The position numbers were made by a program, and so were the translations under genes. From Acidobacteriota bacterium (GTDB taxonomy: Bacteria > Acidobacteriota > Thermoanaerobaculia > Multivoradales > JAHEKO01), in NCBI GenBank assembly GCA_030597375.1, contig JAUVRX010000001.1, positions 54,818 to 118,817 on the forward strand: a stretch of DNA of 64,000 bases, given 5' to 3'. Below the pieces are notes generated by a model. That model was not told where the DNA came from. It saw only the letters and a program-made list of their open reading frames with translations, and made no database searches. Shown here piece after piece: positions 1 to 8,100 of the stretch; the first letter of the stretch is position 1, and each line of letters begins with the position of its first letter.

Positions 1-1189
1 TCCACCCGCAGCAGCTCGTTCTCCGACAACTGCGATAGCAACTCCGGCGGCATGAACTCCAGGTCGGCCGCCTGTCCAATCGCCGCCAGGACCCGGTCTG
101 CCTCCACCCTGAACTCACTGCCCGGAATCTGGATGGGTCTACGACGGCCAGAGGAGTCGGGTTCGCCCAGGCCTACCCGTACGCACTCCAGGGCCCCGAG
201 AGCCCCGCCCTCGACGATGAGACCGGTCGGGGCCACCAGAAACCTGAACGCGATGCCCTCCGACTCAGCGGCCCGAATCTCTTCTTCATCCGCCAACAGC
301 TCTTCGCGATAGCGTCGATAGAGGATGTCCACCGAGTCGGCTCCGAGACGCAGCGCCGAACGAGCCGCCTCGACCGCTGTCGCGCCACCGCCGATAACGA
401 CAACTCGACCCCTGACCGGCGACCGGTCGCCTTCGTTCACTCGACGCAAGAAGGCCAGGGCGTCCTCGATTCCCGCACAGGCCTCCGCGCCTGGGATCCT
501 CAGGGGGCGCCCGCGCTGAGCCCCGACGGCCAGCAACGTGGCAACGTACCCCTGCTCGAGCATCTCTTCGAATTGCAGATCCCGGCCGACACGACAGCCC
601 GTCTCGAACTCCAGTCCGACACCTGCGAGGTATTTGATCTCCGAATCCAGAACATCCCTGGGCAAGCGATACTCGGTAATGCCATAGCGCAACATTCCCC
701 CCGCCTCCGGCTCCGCTTCGAAGATCGTCACCGGATACCCGGCCCGACGCAGGTCGTAGGCGGCAGTCAGGCCGGCAGGGCCAGAACCTACGATTGCCAC
801 CCTGGCCTCCTTGTCGACCAGGGGCCAGGGTGCTGGTGGGGCCTCATCAATCGCCAGATCGGCCACGAACCGCTTCAAAGAGCGGATGGAGATGGGCTCG
901 TCGACCGTTCCTCGGCGGCAGACCGCTTCACAGGGGTGATGACAGATCCGGCCGCAGACACCGGGCAAGGGACAGTGCTGTCGAACGACTTGCAGGGCCT
1001 CGGCAAAACGACTCTCCGCAATCAGCGAGACATAGGCCTTGACGTTGATCCCTGCCGGGCAGGCCTGGGTACAGGGTGCCGGCTCGACCGGCAGAATCGG
1101 TAGCGGCTCAGCCTGCACGTCCGGAATCAACAGACTGCAACCCGCGATCTCCGGTGCACCGCCTCCGATCTCGCAGACAGGGGCGCTCA
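1..1189 (-). CDS. GltD/NfnB-like NAD(P)H-dependent Fe-S flavoprotein oxidoreductase (glutamate-synthase-small-subunit family); 5' partial in window, start codon at 1189
   Basis: Reverse-strand translation from ATG at 1187-1189 gives MSAPVCEIGGG...CTQACPAGINVKAYV...CPLPGVCGRICHHPCEAVCRRG (two Cys clusters), then VAIVGSGPAGLTAAYDL (FAD Rossmann) and VVVIGGGATAVEAA (NAD(P) Rossmann). The RBS gaggtgag sits upstream and the gene is translationally coupled downstream of korC. The frame is open to the window edge, so the C-terminus lies outside. The six-frame track does not list it as one ORF. Confidence 0.7.
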
Positions 1190-1780
1190 TGGGCTCACCT
1201 CCTCCAGAATCGGCCTGGCGACACCCACGGCTGGCTGACTCACTGACTTTCGGGCGTACTCCAGACCCTTGTCGAAGGCCTCGAGATTCAGGTCCTCCGT
1301 TCCGGCCGGCACCGACCCCCTGACCGCGGCGCGCATGGCCTCGTCCGGAACCAATTGTGTGACGCCGGTGAAGAAACCCACCATGACGATGTTCTGGACA
1401 ATTGTCTTTCCCAGGGATTCCGCGAGGCGGGTCGAAGGCACACCGAAGGCTCTCTGTCCCTCCACCGTGGTGGGGTGCACCAGATCCTGTTCGAAGACCA
1501 GGGTTCCATCCTTCTTGAGCTCCTGCCCGTACTTCTCGTAGCCCTCACCAGACATGACGACAAAGATGTCGGGACGCCGAAGGTAGGGGTAGAGGACCTC
1601 GCTTTCGGAGATCACGAGGGTGGCGCTGCAAGCCGAGCCCCTGGCTTCCGGACCAAAACTCTGGATCATGGTGGCGTGGCGCCCGGCATGGATGGCGCAG
1701 GCACAGCCGATGATATGCCCGGCGAGCACGACTCCCTGTCCACCGAAGCCGGTGATCCGGATCTCGACCTTACTGCTCAT
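1187..1780 (-). CDS. korC: 2-oxoacid:ferredoxin oxidoreductase gamma subunit
   Basis: ORF 1187..1813 trimmed to the internal Met of MSSKVEIRITGFGGQGVVLAG, preceded by the RBS gagggggg. The pyruvate/ketoisovalerate oxidoreductase gamma-domain signature GFGGQG is present. It overlaps the korB stop by 11 nt. Confidence 0.8.
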   Translation of the reverse strand: MSSKVEIRITGFGGQGVVLAGHIIGCACAIHAGRHATMIQSFGPEARGSACSATLVISESEVLYPYLRRPDIFVVMSGEGYEKYGQELKKDGTLVFEQDLVHPTTVEGQRAFGVPSTRLAESLGKTIVQNIVMVGFFTGVTQLVPDEAMRAAVRGSVPAGTEDLNLEAFDKGLEYARKSVSQPAVGVARPILEEVSP

Positions 1781-2672
1781 GGAGCATTCCCCCCTCTGGT
1801 GGCGTCGGAACATAACGGTCGCCCAGCTGGTCGCTGTAGTGGTTGTGCATCAGATCGAGGAACGTGGGCCGCTCCTCGTCCACGAACTTGCCGCATGTGA
1901 TCTCGCTCTGGAAGGAGATGTCCAGCTCACGGGTGTCGGCATCGTTCCGTATCACGGCCGTGTCGTGGTAGAAGCGCATGGCATCGAGCCCGGTCCCCAA
2001 CTTGTTCAGGCGGGCGTAGAGAGTCGGACAGGGCGCGATGACCTCGATGAACCGGAAGCCCCTCTTGTGAATGGCCTCCTCGATCGACCAGGTGAGGCGG
2101 CGAATGTGAAGGCAGGTCCAACGGGCCACATAGGAGGCACCACTCGAAGCGGCCAGATGGGGCAGGCTGAAGGGCGTTTCGAAATTTCCGTAGGGCATCG
2201 TCGACGACCGTGCTTGTTGAGGCGTTGTCGGAGCGTTCTGTCCCCCGGTCATGCCGTAGATGAAGTTGTTGATCAGGATGACCAGGAGGTCGATATTACG
2301 GCGTGCCGCGTGAATGAAGTGATTGCCGCCGATGCCCACCAGATCGCCATCGCCCGAGATCACCGTCACCAACAGCTCGGGCCGACCCAGTTTGAGTCCT
2401 GTGGCAAAGGGAAGAGCTCTCCCATGGGTGGTATGGAAGCCGTCCAGCTTGAGATAACCGGCTACCCGACCGGAGCAGCCGATGCCCGACACCACCGACA
2501 CCTTGTCGAGATCCACGCCGCTGCGCTCGAGGGCCGTGGCATAGCACTTGACCACCGTGCCGATTCCGCAGCTCGGACACCAGACGTGGGGAATGCGCTC
2601 CATTCGCAGGAGCGGAGCACTGGGATGCTCCAGTTCCTGGCTGGCTGTAGTCGATTTCGTTGCCACAGTCAT
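1770..2672 (-). CDS. korB: 2-oxoglutarate/2-oxoacid:ferredoxin oxidoreductase beta subunit (TPP-binding)
   Basis: 300 aa with WCPSCGIGT...GIGCSGR...GDGDLVGIGGNH (TPP-binding GDG) motifs typical of KorB/PorB. It sits between the alpha and gamma genes with overlapping stop/start codons. Confidence 0.9.
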   Translation of the reverse strand: MTVATKSTTASQELEHPSAPLLRMERIPHVWCPSCGIGTVVKCYATALERSGVDLDKVSVVSGIGCSGRVAGYLKLDGFHTTHGRALPFATGLKLGRPELLVTVISGDGDLVGIGGNHFIHAARRNIDLLVILINNFIYGMTGGQNAPTTPQQARSSTMPYGNFETPFSLPHLAASSGASYVARWTCLHIRRLTWSIEEAIHKRGFRFIEVIAPCPTLYARLNKLGTGLDAMRFYHDTAVIRNDADTRELDISFQSEITCGKFVDEERPTFLDLMHNHYSDQLGDRYVPTPPEGGMLHEQ

Positions 2673-3826
2673 GACGCCGCCTTGACGATGATTTCGGTGA
2701 TCGCGTCGGGGTCATGCACGGCTCCACCAGCGTGGTTTACCGGCCACGTCACGGCCTGTCCTGCCGCGACGCGCTCGACCTCCAGGGCGATCTGTCCAAG
2801 GTTGATCTCGGGCACCACGAAGGCTGCGACGGAACCGGCGAGCTCTCGGATGCGCTTCTCTGGAAACGGCCAGATCACCACCAGGCGTAGAAAGCCGACC
2901 CTGATGCCCCGCGAACGCGCCTCCTCGACAGCCAACCTCGCCACCCTGGCCGTAATGCCAAAGGACACCACGACGACCTCCGCATCGTCCATCCCCTCCT
3001 CTTCGAAGCGGACGATGCTATCGGCGTTATCCCGGATCTTCCCGACCAGACGGCGTACACTCGCATCGTGGCATTCGGCGTTCATCACCGGATAGCCGCG
3101 CTCGTCGTGGGTCAAGCCGGTGGTATGGAACCGGTAGCCGTCCCCGGCTCGGGCAAACTCCGGTATCTGGCCACCGTTGATCTGATAGGGACCGAACTCC
3201 TCTGGGCTCTTGTCGGTCAGTCGTCGGGGCTCGACCTCGATGGCGTCGGCCTCGGGTATCACCACCTTCTCGGTCATGTGACCGACGCACTCGTCCATCA
3301 GGAACATGACGGGGAGCCGATAGATCTCGGCCAGGTTGAAGGCGTCGATGGTGAGATCGAAGGCTTCTTGGGGCGATTGGGGGCACAAGGCGATGACCTC
3401 GTAGTCCCCATGAGAGCCCCAACGGGCCTGCATCACATCCCCCTGGCCCACCATCGTCGGCAGTCCGGTGGAGGGCCCACCCCTCTGCACGTTGACGACG
3501 ACACAGGGGGTCTCCATCATGGCGGCCAGGCCGATGTTCTCCATCATGAGGCTGAAGCCCGGACCGCTGGTCACGGTCATGGTCTTGGTGCCGGTCCAGG
3601 CTGCTCCGACCACGGCTGCCATGCTGGCCAGCTCGTCCTCCATCTGGATGAAGGTGCCACCCAAGGTTGGAAATCGCCTGGCGATGCGCTCCACGACCTC
3701 GGTGGATGGAGTGATGGGATAGCCGGCGACAAAGCGGCACCCCGCCGCCATGGCCCCTTCACCACAGGCGACGTCGCCGTCGAGATAGTGAGAGCCCGTG
3801 AGGACGCCTGCCGGATCGGCCTTCAT
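2669..3826 (-). CDS. korA: 2-oxoglutarate/2-oxoacid:ferredoxin oxidoreductase alpha subunit
   Basis: ORF 2669..4069 trimmed to MKADPAGVLTGSHYLDGDVACGEGAMAAGCRFVAGYPITPSTE (start 3826, RBS gggaggggg). The GYPITPSTE motif of the KorA/PorA N-terminal domain is present. The start overlaps the korD stop in an ATGA. Confidence 0.9.
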   Translation of the reverse strand: MKADPAGVLTGSHYLDGDVACGEGAMAAGCRFVAGYPITPSTEVVERIARRFPTLGGTFIQMEDELASMAAVVGAAWTGTKTMTVTSGPGFSLMMENIGLAAMMETPCVVVNVQRGGPSTGLPTMVGQGDVMQARWGSHGDYEVIALCPQSPQEAFDLTIDAFNLAEIYRLPVMFLMDECVGHMTEKVVIPEADAIEVEPRRLTDKSPEEFGPYQINGGQIPEFARAGDGYRFHTTGLTHDERGYPVMNAECHDASVRRLVGKIRDNADSIVRFEEEGMDDAEVVVVSFGITARVARLAVEEARSRGIRVGFLRLVVIWPFPEKRIRELAGSVAAFVVPEINLGQIALEVERVAAGQAVTWPVNHAGGAVHDPDAITEIIVKAAS

Positions 3827-4146
3827 GGCGCCCCCTCCCCGGCCCCAGTATTCGCCGGGGCTGAGACGGTGGCCAGATTGCCCGCGCGGTCGGCTGGATC
3901 GACGCAGAAGATCGCGAACTCGGGACAGATCATCTCGCACAGCCCGCAGTTCACGCAGGCTTGCGCGTCGACAATTTCTGGTGGGTGATAACCCTTGCGA
4001 TTGAATTCCCGGGACATCTCGAGGACCTGCCTGGGACAGTACTCGACGCAGAACGCACACCCCTTGCATCGGTCCGCGAGGATGTGCACATCTCCCCTGG
4101 GGGCTTCAACCTGACCCGCATCCAGGGGTTCTCGCCAATACCTCAT
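3823..4146 (-). CDS. korD: 2-oxoacid:ferredoxin oxidoreductase delta subunit (2x[4Fe-4S] ferredoxin)
   Basis: ORF 3823..4185 trimmed to MRYWREPLD (RBS gggagggcgg). Two CxxCxxCxxxCP ferredoxin motifs are present: CKGCAFCVEYCP and CVNCGLCEMICP. Confidence 0.8.
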   Translation of the reverse strand: MRYWREPLDAGQVEAPRGDVHILADRCKGCAFCVEYCPRQVLEMSREFNRKGYHPPEIVDAQACVNCGLCEMICPEFAIFCVDPADRAGNLATVSAPANTGAGEGAP

Positions 4147-4236
4147 GCCGCCCTCCCGCAGTTTCAAGATACCTCTCGCCATCAAAGCGACGCAGTCACG
4201 ATGACATCCTTGTCAGCTGTGCCATCACCCGGAGAA

Positions 4237-4872
4237 TCAACCCTCCCTTTCGCTGATCGCAGCTCCGCCATGGTCCTTCACCCTCTTGTAGGGACAGCCA
4301 TCTCTGAGATGGGGAACTGCACAGTGGTCATCGTAGTAGGCCGAGCAACGCAGACAAATCTGGGACATGGGCTCCTGGGTATTGATGAGCCGCAGCGAGA
4401 AGCGTTCCAGCAGACCTGTCAGTTGCTTCAGTTCCTCGGCAGAGAAACCGTCGAGCACCGGTGCCAAGCGGGCTTCCTTCAAGGCTTCATAGCGGCTCAC
4501 CAACCGGCGACCTCGTCGACTGGCCGCCAACAGCGTCGCCCGTCGATCGTCGGTAGAAGGTGTGCGACTGACCAGTCCAAGACGTTCCATCTTGTCGATG
4601 TTCTTGGTCGCCGCCGGGGGGCTGATTCCCAGGAACTCCGCCACTTGTCCCATCTGGTGCTCGCCATCCAGCGTGATCAGTTTCAGGAGGTGAAACTGCG
4701 AGAGCGACAGATCCTCATCGCTCACCTCGTGCAGAAGCTGCAACTCCAGGTATTCCCGGATGACGGAGGCGAAGATGTGCGAGAAACGCAGAAGACGGAA
4801 GACATCATCGTGTCCGTTGCCATCCGAGGCACGTTTGCGACTTCGCGTGGATGCCAGACCTGACCGGGCCAT
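4237..4872 (-). CDS. MarR-family transcriptional regulator with C-terminal 4-Cys extension
   Basis: 211 aa with a winged-helix MarR core (LSLSQFHLLKLITLDGEHQMGQVAEFLGISPPAATKNIDKMERLGLV...DRRATLL). The unusual C-terminal tail is CLRCSAYYDDHCAVPHLRDGC, with C-x2-C-x7-C-x8-C spacing. It is divergent from gltA. Confidence 0.8.
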   Translation of the reverse strand: MARSGLASTRSRKRASDGNGHDDVFRLLRFSHIFASVIREYLELQLLHEVSDEDLSLSQFHLLKLITLDGEHQMGQVAEFLGISPPAATKNIDKMERLGLVSRTPSTDDRRATLLAASRRGRRLVSRYEALKEARLAPVLDGFSAEELKQLTGLLERFSLRLINTQEPMSQICLRCSAYYDDHCAVPHLRDGCPYKRVKDHGGAAISEREG

Positions 4873-4888
4873 TTACTTAACCAAGGAA

Positions 4889-4909
4889 CTATTTAACTAC
4901 ATTAAATAG
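4889..4909. promoter_or_regulatory. AT-rich perfect inverted repeat (CTATTTA-N7-TAAATAG) in the marR/gltA divergent promoter region; candidate MarR operator
   Basis: A 21-bp palindrome ctatttaactacattaaatag sits in a ~50-bp stretch of about 25% GC within a 64% GC genome. It lies immediately upstream of the marR start (4872) and about 200 bp upstream of gltA. Confidence 0.4.
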
Positions 4910-5108
4910 TATATTCCAAGAAGGGATATCCCGCAAGAGATCTTCTTTCGCCCCACACAAACCATCAAATGCATGACGCAATGACTGCCCCGGAGGGTGG
5001 TCACAGACTCCCATCGCGGGAGGATAATTAATGGAGGCGTCGTCAGCTCACAATGAGGGGGAGCATTTTCACACGACGTTCAATCGACAACCTGGGAAGG
5101 AGTACGAG

Positions 5109-6431
5109 ATGAACAAAGCAAGACTCTCATTGGACGGCAAGGACTTCGAATTTCCGATCCTGGTGGGCTCGGAAGACGAGGTGGGTGTCGACTTCACGAC
5201 CCTACGCAACACCACTGGAGCCATCAGTCTCGATCCGGGTTACGGCAACACGGGCTCCTGCACCAGCACCATCACCTTCATCGACGGAGAGAAGGGAATC
5301 CTCCAGTATCGGGGTTATCCCATCGAGGAGATTGCTGCCTCGGCCAGCTTCGAGGAGGTCTGCTACCTGCTGGTGTACGGCCATCTGCCGACGGTCGATG
5401 AGCTCCGTGACTTCCACGACACGTTGACCCACCACAGCATGATTCACGAGGCGATGAAGGACTTCTTCCAGGGCTTCCCGCCCTCCGCACACCCCATGAT
5501 GGTGCTCTCCGCCATGGTGGCCTCTTTGTCCGCCTACTACACGAGGGGCGCAGTCGACGAAGACGTTGACCTCAACATCATTCGGCTTCTCGCCAAGGTC
5601 AAGACCATCGCGGCCTTCTCCTACAAGAAATCGATCGGCCAGCCCTTCATCTATCCACGCAACGATCTCTCTTTCACCAAAGACTTTCTGAACATGATGT
5701 TCGCCGTCCCGACGGAACCCTACGCGGTGCCCGACGTCATGGACCGTGCTCTCAACCTTCTGTTGATCCTGCATGCGGATCATGAGCAGAATTGCAGCAC
5801 CTCTACGGTGCGGATGGTCGGCAGCAGCCAGGCCAATCTTTTCGCCTCCATATCCTCTGGCATCTCTGCGCTCTGGGGACCGCTGCATGGCGGTGCCAAC
5901 CAGAAAGTCATCGAGATGCTGGAACACATTCAGGCCGACGGTGGCGACTACCAGAAGTACGTCGACATGGCCAAGGACCCCGACTCTTCCTTCCGCCTGA
6001 TGGGTGTCGGTCACCGGGTCTACAAGAACTTCGACCCCCGTGCCACCATTCTCAAGGAGTCCGCTGCCGACGTCCTGCGTGAGCTGGGTACCTCCGATCC
6101 TCTGCTCGATATCGCCAAGAACCTCGAGCGAATCGCCTTGGAGGACTCCTACTTCGTGGACCGCAAGCTCTATCCCAATGTCGACTTCTACAGTGGCATC
6201 CTGTACCGGGCCATGGGCATTCCGACCGAGATGTTCACGGTCATGTTTGCCCTCGGTCGCCTGCCTGGCTGGATCGCCCAGTGGAAGGAGGGGAGAGAGG
6301 ATCCGAAGGCCAAGATCAGCCGGCCCCGACAGATCTATCTCGGTGCAACGAAACGCCCGTTCGTGCCACTCGAGGACCGCGTGGCCGAAGAGACCGTCCC
6401 GGTTGAAGAGCCCGAACTGGTACCAGCCTGA
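5109..6431 (+). CDS. gltA: citrate synthase family (type II GltA; possibly PrpC-like 2-methylcitrate synthase)
   Basis: ORF 5031..6431 trimmed to MNKARLSLDGKDFEFPIL (RBS ggaagga). The central catalytic-His region (GPLHGGAN) is followed by MGVGHRVYKNFDPRA and DFYSGI, all citrate synthase hallmarks. Confidence 0.85.
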   Translation: MNKARLSLDGKDFEFPILVGSEDEVGVDFTTLRNTTGAISLDPGYGNTGSCTSTITFIDGEKGILQYRGYPIEEIAASASFEEVCYLLVYGHLPTVDELRDFHDTLTHHSMIHEAMKDFFQGFPPSAHPMMVLSAMVASLSAYYTRGAVDEDVDLNIIRLLAKVKTIAAFSYKKSIGQPFIYPRNDLSFTKDFLNMMFAVPTEPYAVPDVMDRALNLLLILHADHEQNCSTSTVRMVGSSQANLFASISSGISALWGPLHGGANQKVIEMLEHIQADGGDYQKYVDMAKDPDSSFRLMGVGHRVYKNFDPRATILKESAADVLRELGTSDPLLDIAKNLERIALEDSYFVDRKLYPNVDFYSGILYRAMGIPTEMFTVMFALGRLPGWIAQWKEGREDPKAKISRPRQIYLGATKRPFVPLEDRVAEETVPVEEPELVPA

Positions 6432-6455
6432 GGTCTTGAAATCCAGGATAACTAT

Positions 6456-6490
6456 GAGGGGGGCACGGATGTGCCCCCCTCTTTCTTTTC
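6456..6490. terminator. Rho-independent terminator (GC hairpin plus T-tract) shared by convergent gltA and citF
   Basis: The sequence gaggggggcac-ggat-gtgcccccctc is followed by tttcttttc. It lies between the gltA stop (6431) and the citF stop (6535). Confidence 0.5.
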
Positions 6491-6534
6491 AACTCACGAG
6501 GTCGGTCGGCACAGTAGGCCGCTCCATCCGGGCT

Positions 6535-8100
6535 CTACTGAGCTACCTGAAACACAGTATCGATGAGGGTGCCGTCGACCCATTTGATGACCGCGACCGG
6601 CTTGTCGGTCACCTGTGCCTTCTTCGGCTTACCACCACAGAACCTCTCCACTTCGGCCTTGATTTCCTCGATCGGGCGCAGCGGTAGATCCGAGCCTTTG
6701 AGCGCCTCCAGGAGGTCCTGCCGGGCAGGATTCACAGCGATCCCGCGCTCGGTGGCGACGACGTCGATGAGCTGCCCTGGGCCGGTCACCGTGGTGACCT
6801 CATCGACGATCACCGGAATCCGATCTCGGAATGAGGGCACCGCGAGGATGGTGCACCCTGCCGCCAGACAGTTCTGCCAGCCGCCGATACCGTGCAGAAG
6901 GCGACCATCGGAGTGGGTGTTGACGTTGGCGTTGAAGTTGACGTCGACCTCGGTCGCACCCAGGACCGCGACATCCACCATCGAGGCGAAGTTGCCTTTG
7001 CCATGAAAGTTGTAGGAGGTGAACGGCGAGGTGGGCACATGGCGCGGGTCCGTAGCAATCGAGTGAACCGCATCGAGGTCGAAGGTCTGGCCGTCCAGGA
7101 TGTACCCCGTCAGCCCCTCCTGGAGCATCTCCACGAGGTACTTTGTCGATCCCCCGCGCACGAAACTGGCTTTGACCCCGGCCTGACGCATCATCCGGCT
7201 GAGATAGGTGACGAATGCGAGCGCGATGCCTCCGGCACCGGCCTGGAAGGAGAAACCGAGACGCATGATTCCGCTGTCCCGCACGAAGCGCGCCACGAGC
7301 TCTGCGATTCGCTGTCGATCCGGGCTACGGGTAATGACGGTGGTACCTGAGACGATCTTCGAGGGATCGCCGATGGAGTCCACCTCGACGACGAAATCGA
7401 CGTTGTTGCCCTGGATCTGCCAGGGAATGCACGGGAAGTCCACCAGATTGTCCGTCACGACGATCACCCGGTCGGCATAGATCGAGTCCGCCAGGCCGAA
7501 ACCCAGAGAGCCGCAGGCCGTTGGACCGTGTGACCCATTGCAGTTCCCGAAGGCATCCGCTGAGGGCGCGGCGATCACAGCGATGTCGATCTCGACCTCT
7601 CCATCCTGAATCGCCTGCCATCGTCCGCCGTGAGATCGCAGCACTCCCATGCCTTGCATCCGGCCCTGGGAGCAGTAGTCCCCCAGTGGACCGTTCATGC
7701 TGCCTTCGATGTGGTGGACGACCCCTGCCTCCATCAGGTCGATGACCGGCTCCTGACAGGGAAACGAAGCGCTGGGGAACCACATCAGGTCCCTGACTCC
7801 CATCTTGCCCGCCGTCTGCAGCGCCTCGAGAGCTACCCGATCCCCGTTCCTCAGATGGTGATGGTTCGAGATCACCATGCCGTCCCGCAAACCGCATCGT
7901 TCGAGGGCTTCTTGCAGACTGCCTACCCTCTTGTCACCACTCGGCGGGTAGTCTTTGCAGCTCCTTACCGGCGGCGCCTGTTTGTGCCCGGTGGGGTCGG
8001 TCTGGGCCACACCCTTGTAGGGAGCCTGTTCCTGGCCGTTGACGACCGTTGGAACGGGCCTGCCAATCGCATTGGTTACGAGCTTTGCTCTCTCATTCAT
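6535..8100 (-). CDS. citF: citrate lyase alpha subunit (citrate CoA-transferase)
   Basis: 521 aa, the usual CitF length, with CitF-like blocks (GMVISNHHHLRNGD, RDLMWFPSASFPCQEP). The start overlaps the upstream CitD-CitE stop in an ATGA. Confidence 0.85.
   Translation of the reverse strand: MNERAKLVTNAIGRPVPTVVNGQEQAPYKGVAQTDPTGHKQAPPVRSCKDYPPSGDKRVGSLQEALERCGLRDGMVISNHHHLRNGDRVALEALQTAGKMGVRDLMWFPSASFPCQEPVIDLMEAGVVHHIEGSMNGPLGDYCSQGRMQGMGVLRSHGGRWQAIQDGEVEIDIAVIAAPSADAFGNCNGSHGPTACGSLGFGLADSIYADRVIVVTDNLVDFPCIPWQIQGNNVDFVVEVDSIGDPSKIVSGTTVITRSPDRQRIAELVARFVRDSGIMRLGFSFQAGAGGIALAFVTYLSRMMRQAGVKASFVRGGSTKYLVEMLQEGLTGYILDGQTFDLDAVHSIATDPRHVPTSPFTSYNFHGKGNFASMVDVAVLGATEVDVNFNANVNTHSDGRLLHGIGGWQNCLAAGCTILAVPSFRDRIPVIVDEVTTVTGPGQLIDVVATERGIAVNPARQDLLEALKGSDLPLRPIEEIKAEVERFCGGKPKKAQVTDKPVAVIKWVDGTLIDTVFQVAQ

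Noticed and set aside
1620-3095. 491-aa plus-strand ORF antisense to korA/korB
   Set aside because: It lies entirely antisense to well-supported KOR genes and has low-complexity Ala/Arg/Pro-rich composition typical of spurious ORFs in high-GC DNA. There is no RBS. The same judgement applies to 3068..3988 and 3961..4863.
5031-5108. Upstream 26 codons of the listed citrate synthase ORF
   Set aside because: An internal ATG at 5109 has a proper RBS (ggaagga) and aligns with citrate synthase N-termini. The upstream extension overlaps the AT-rich regulatory region.
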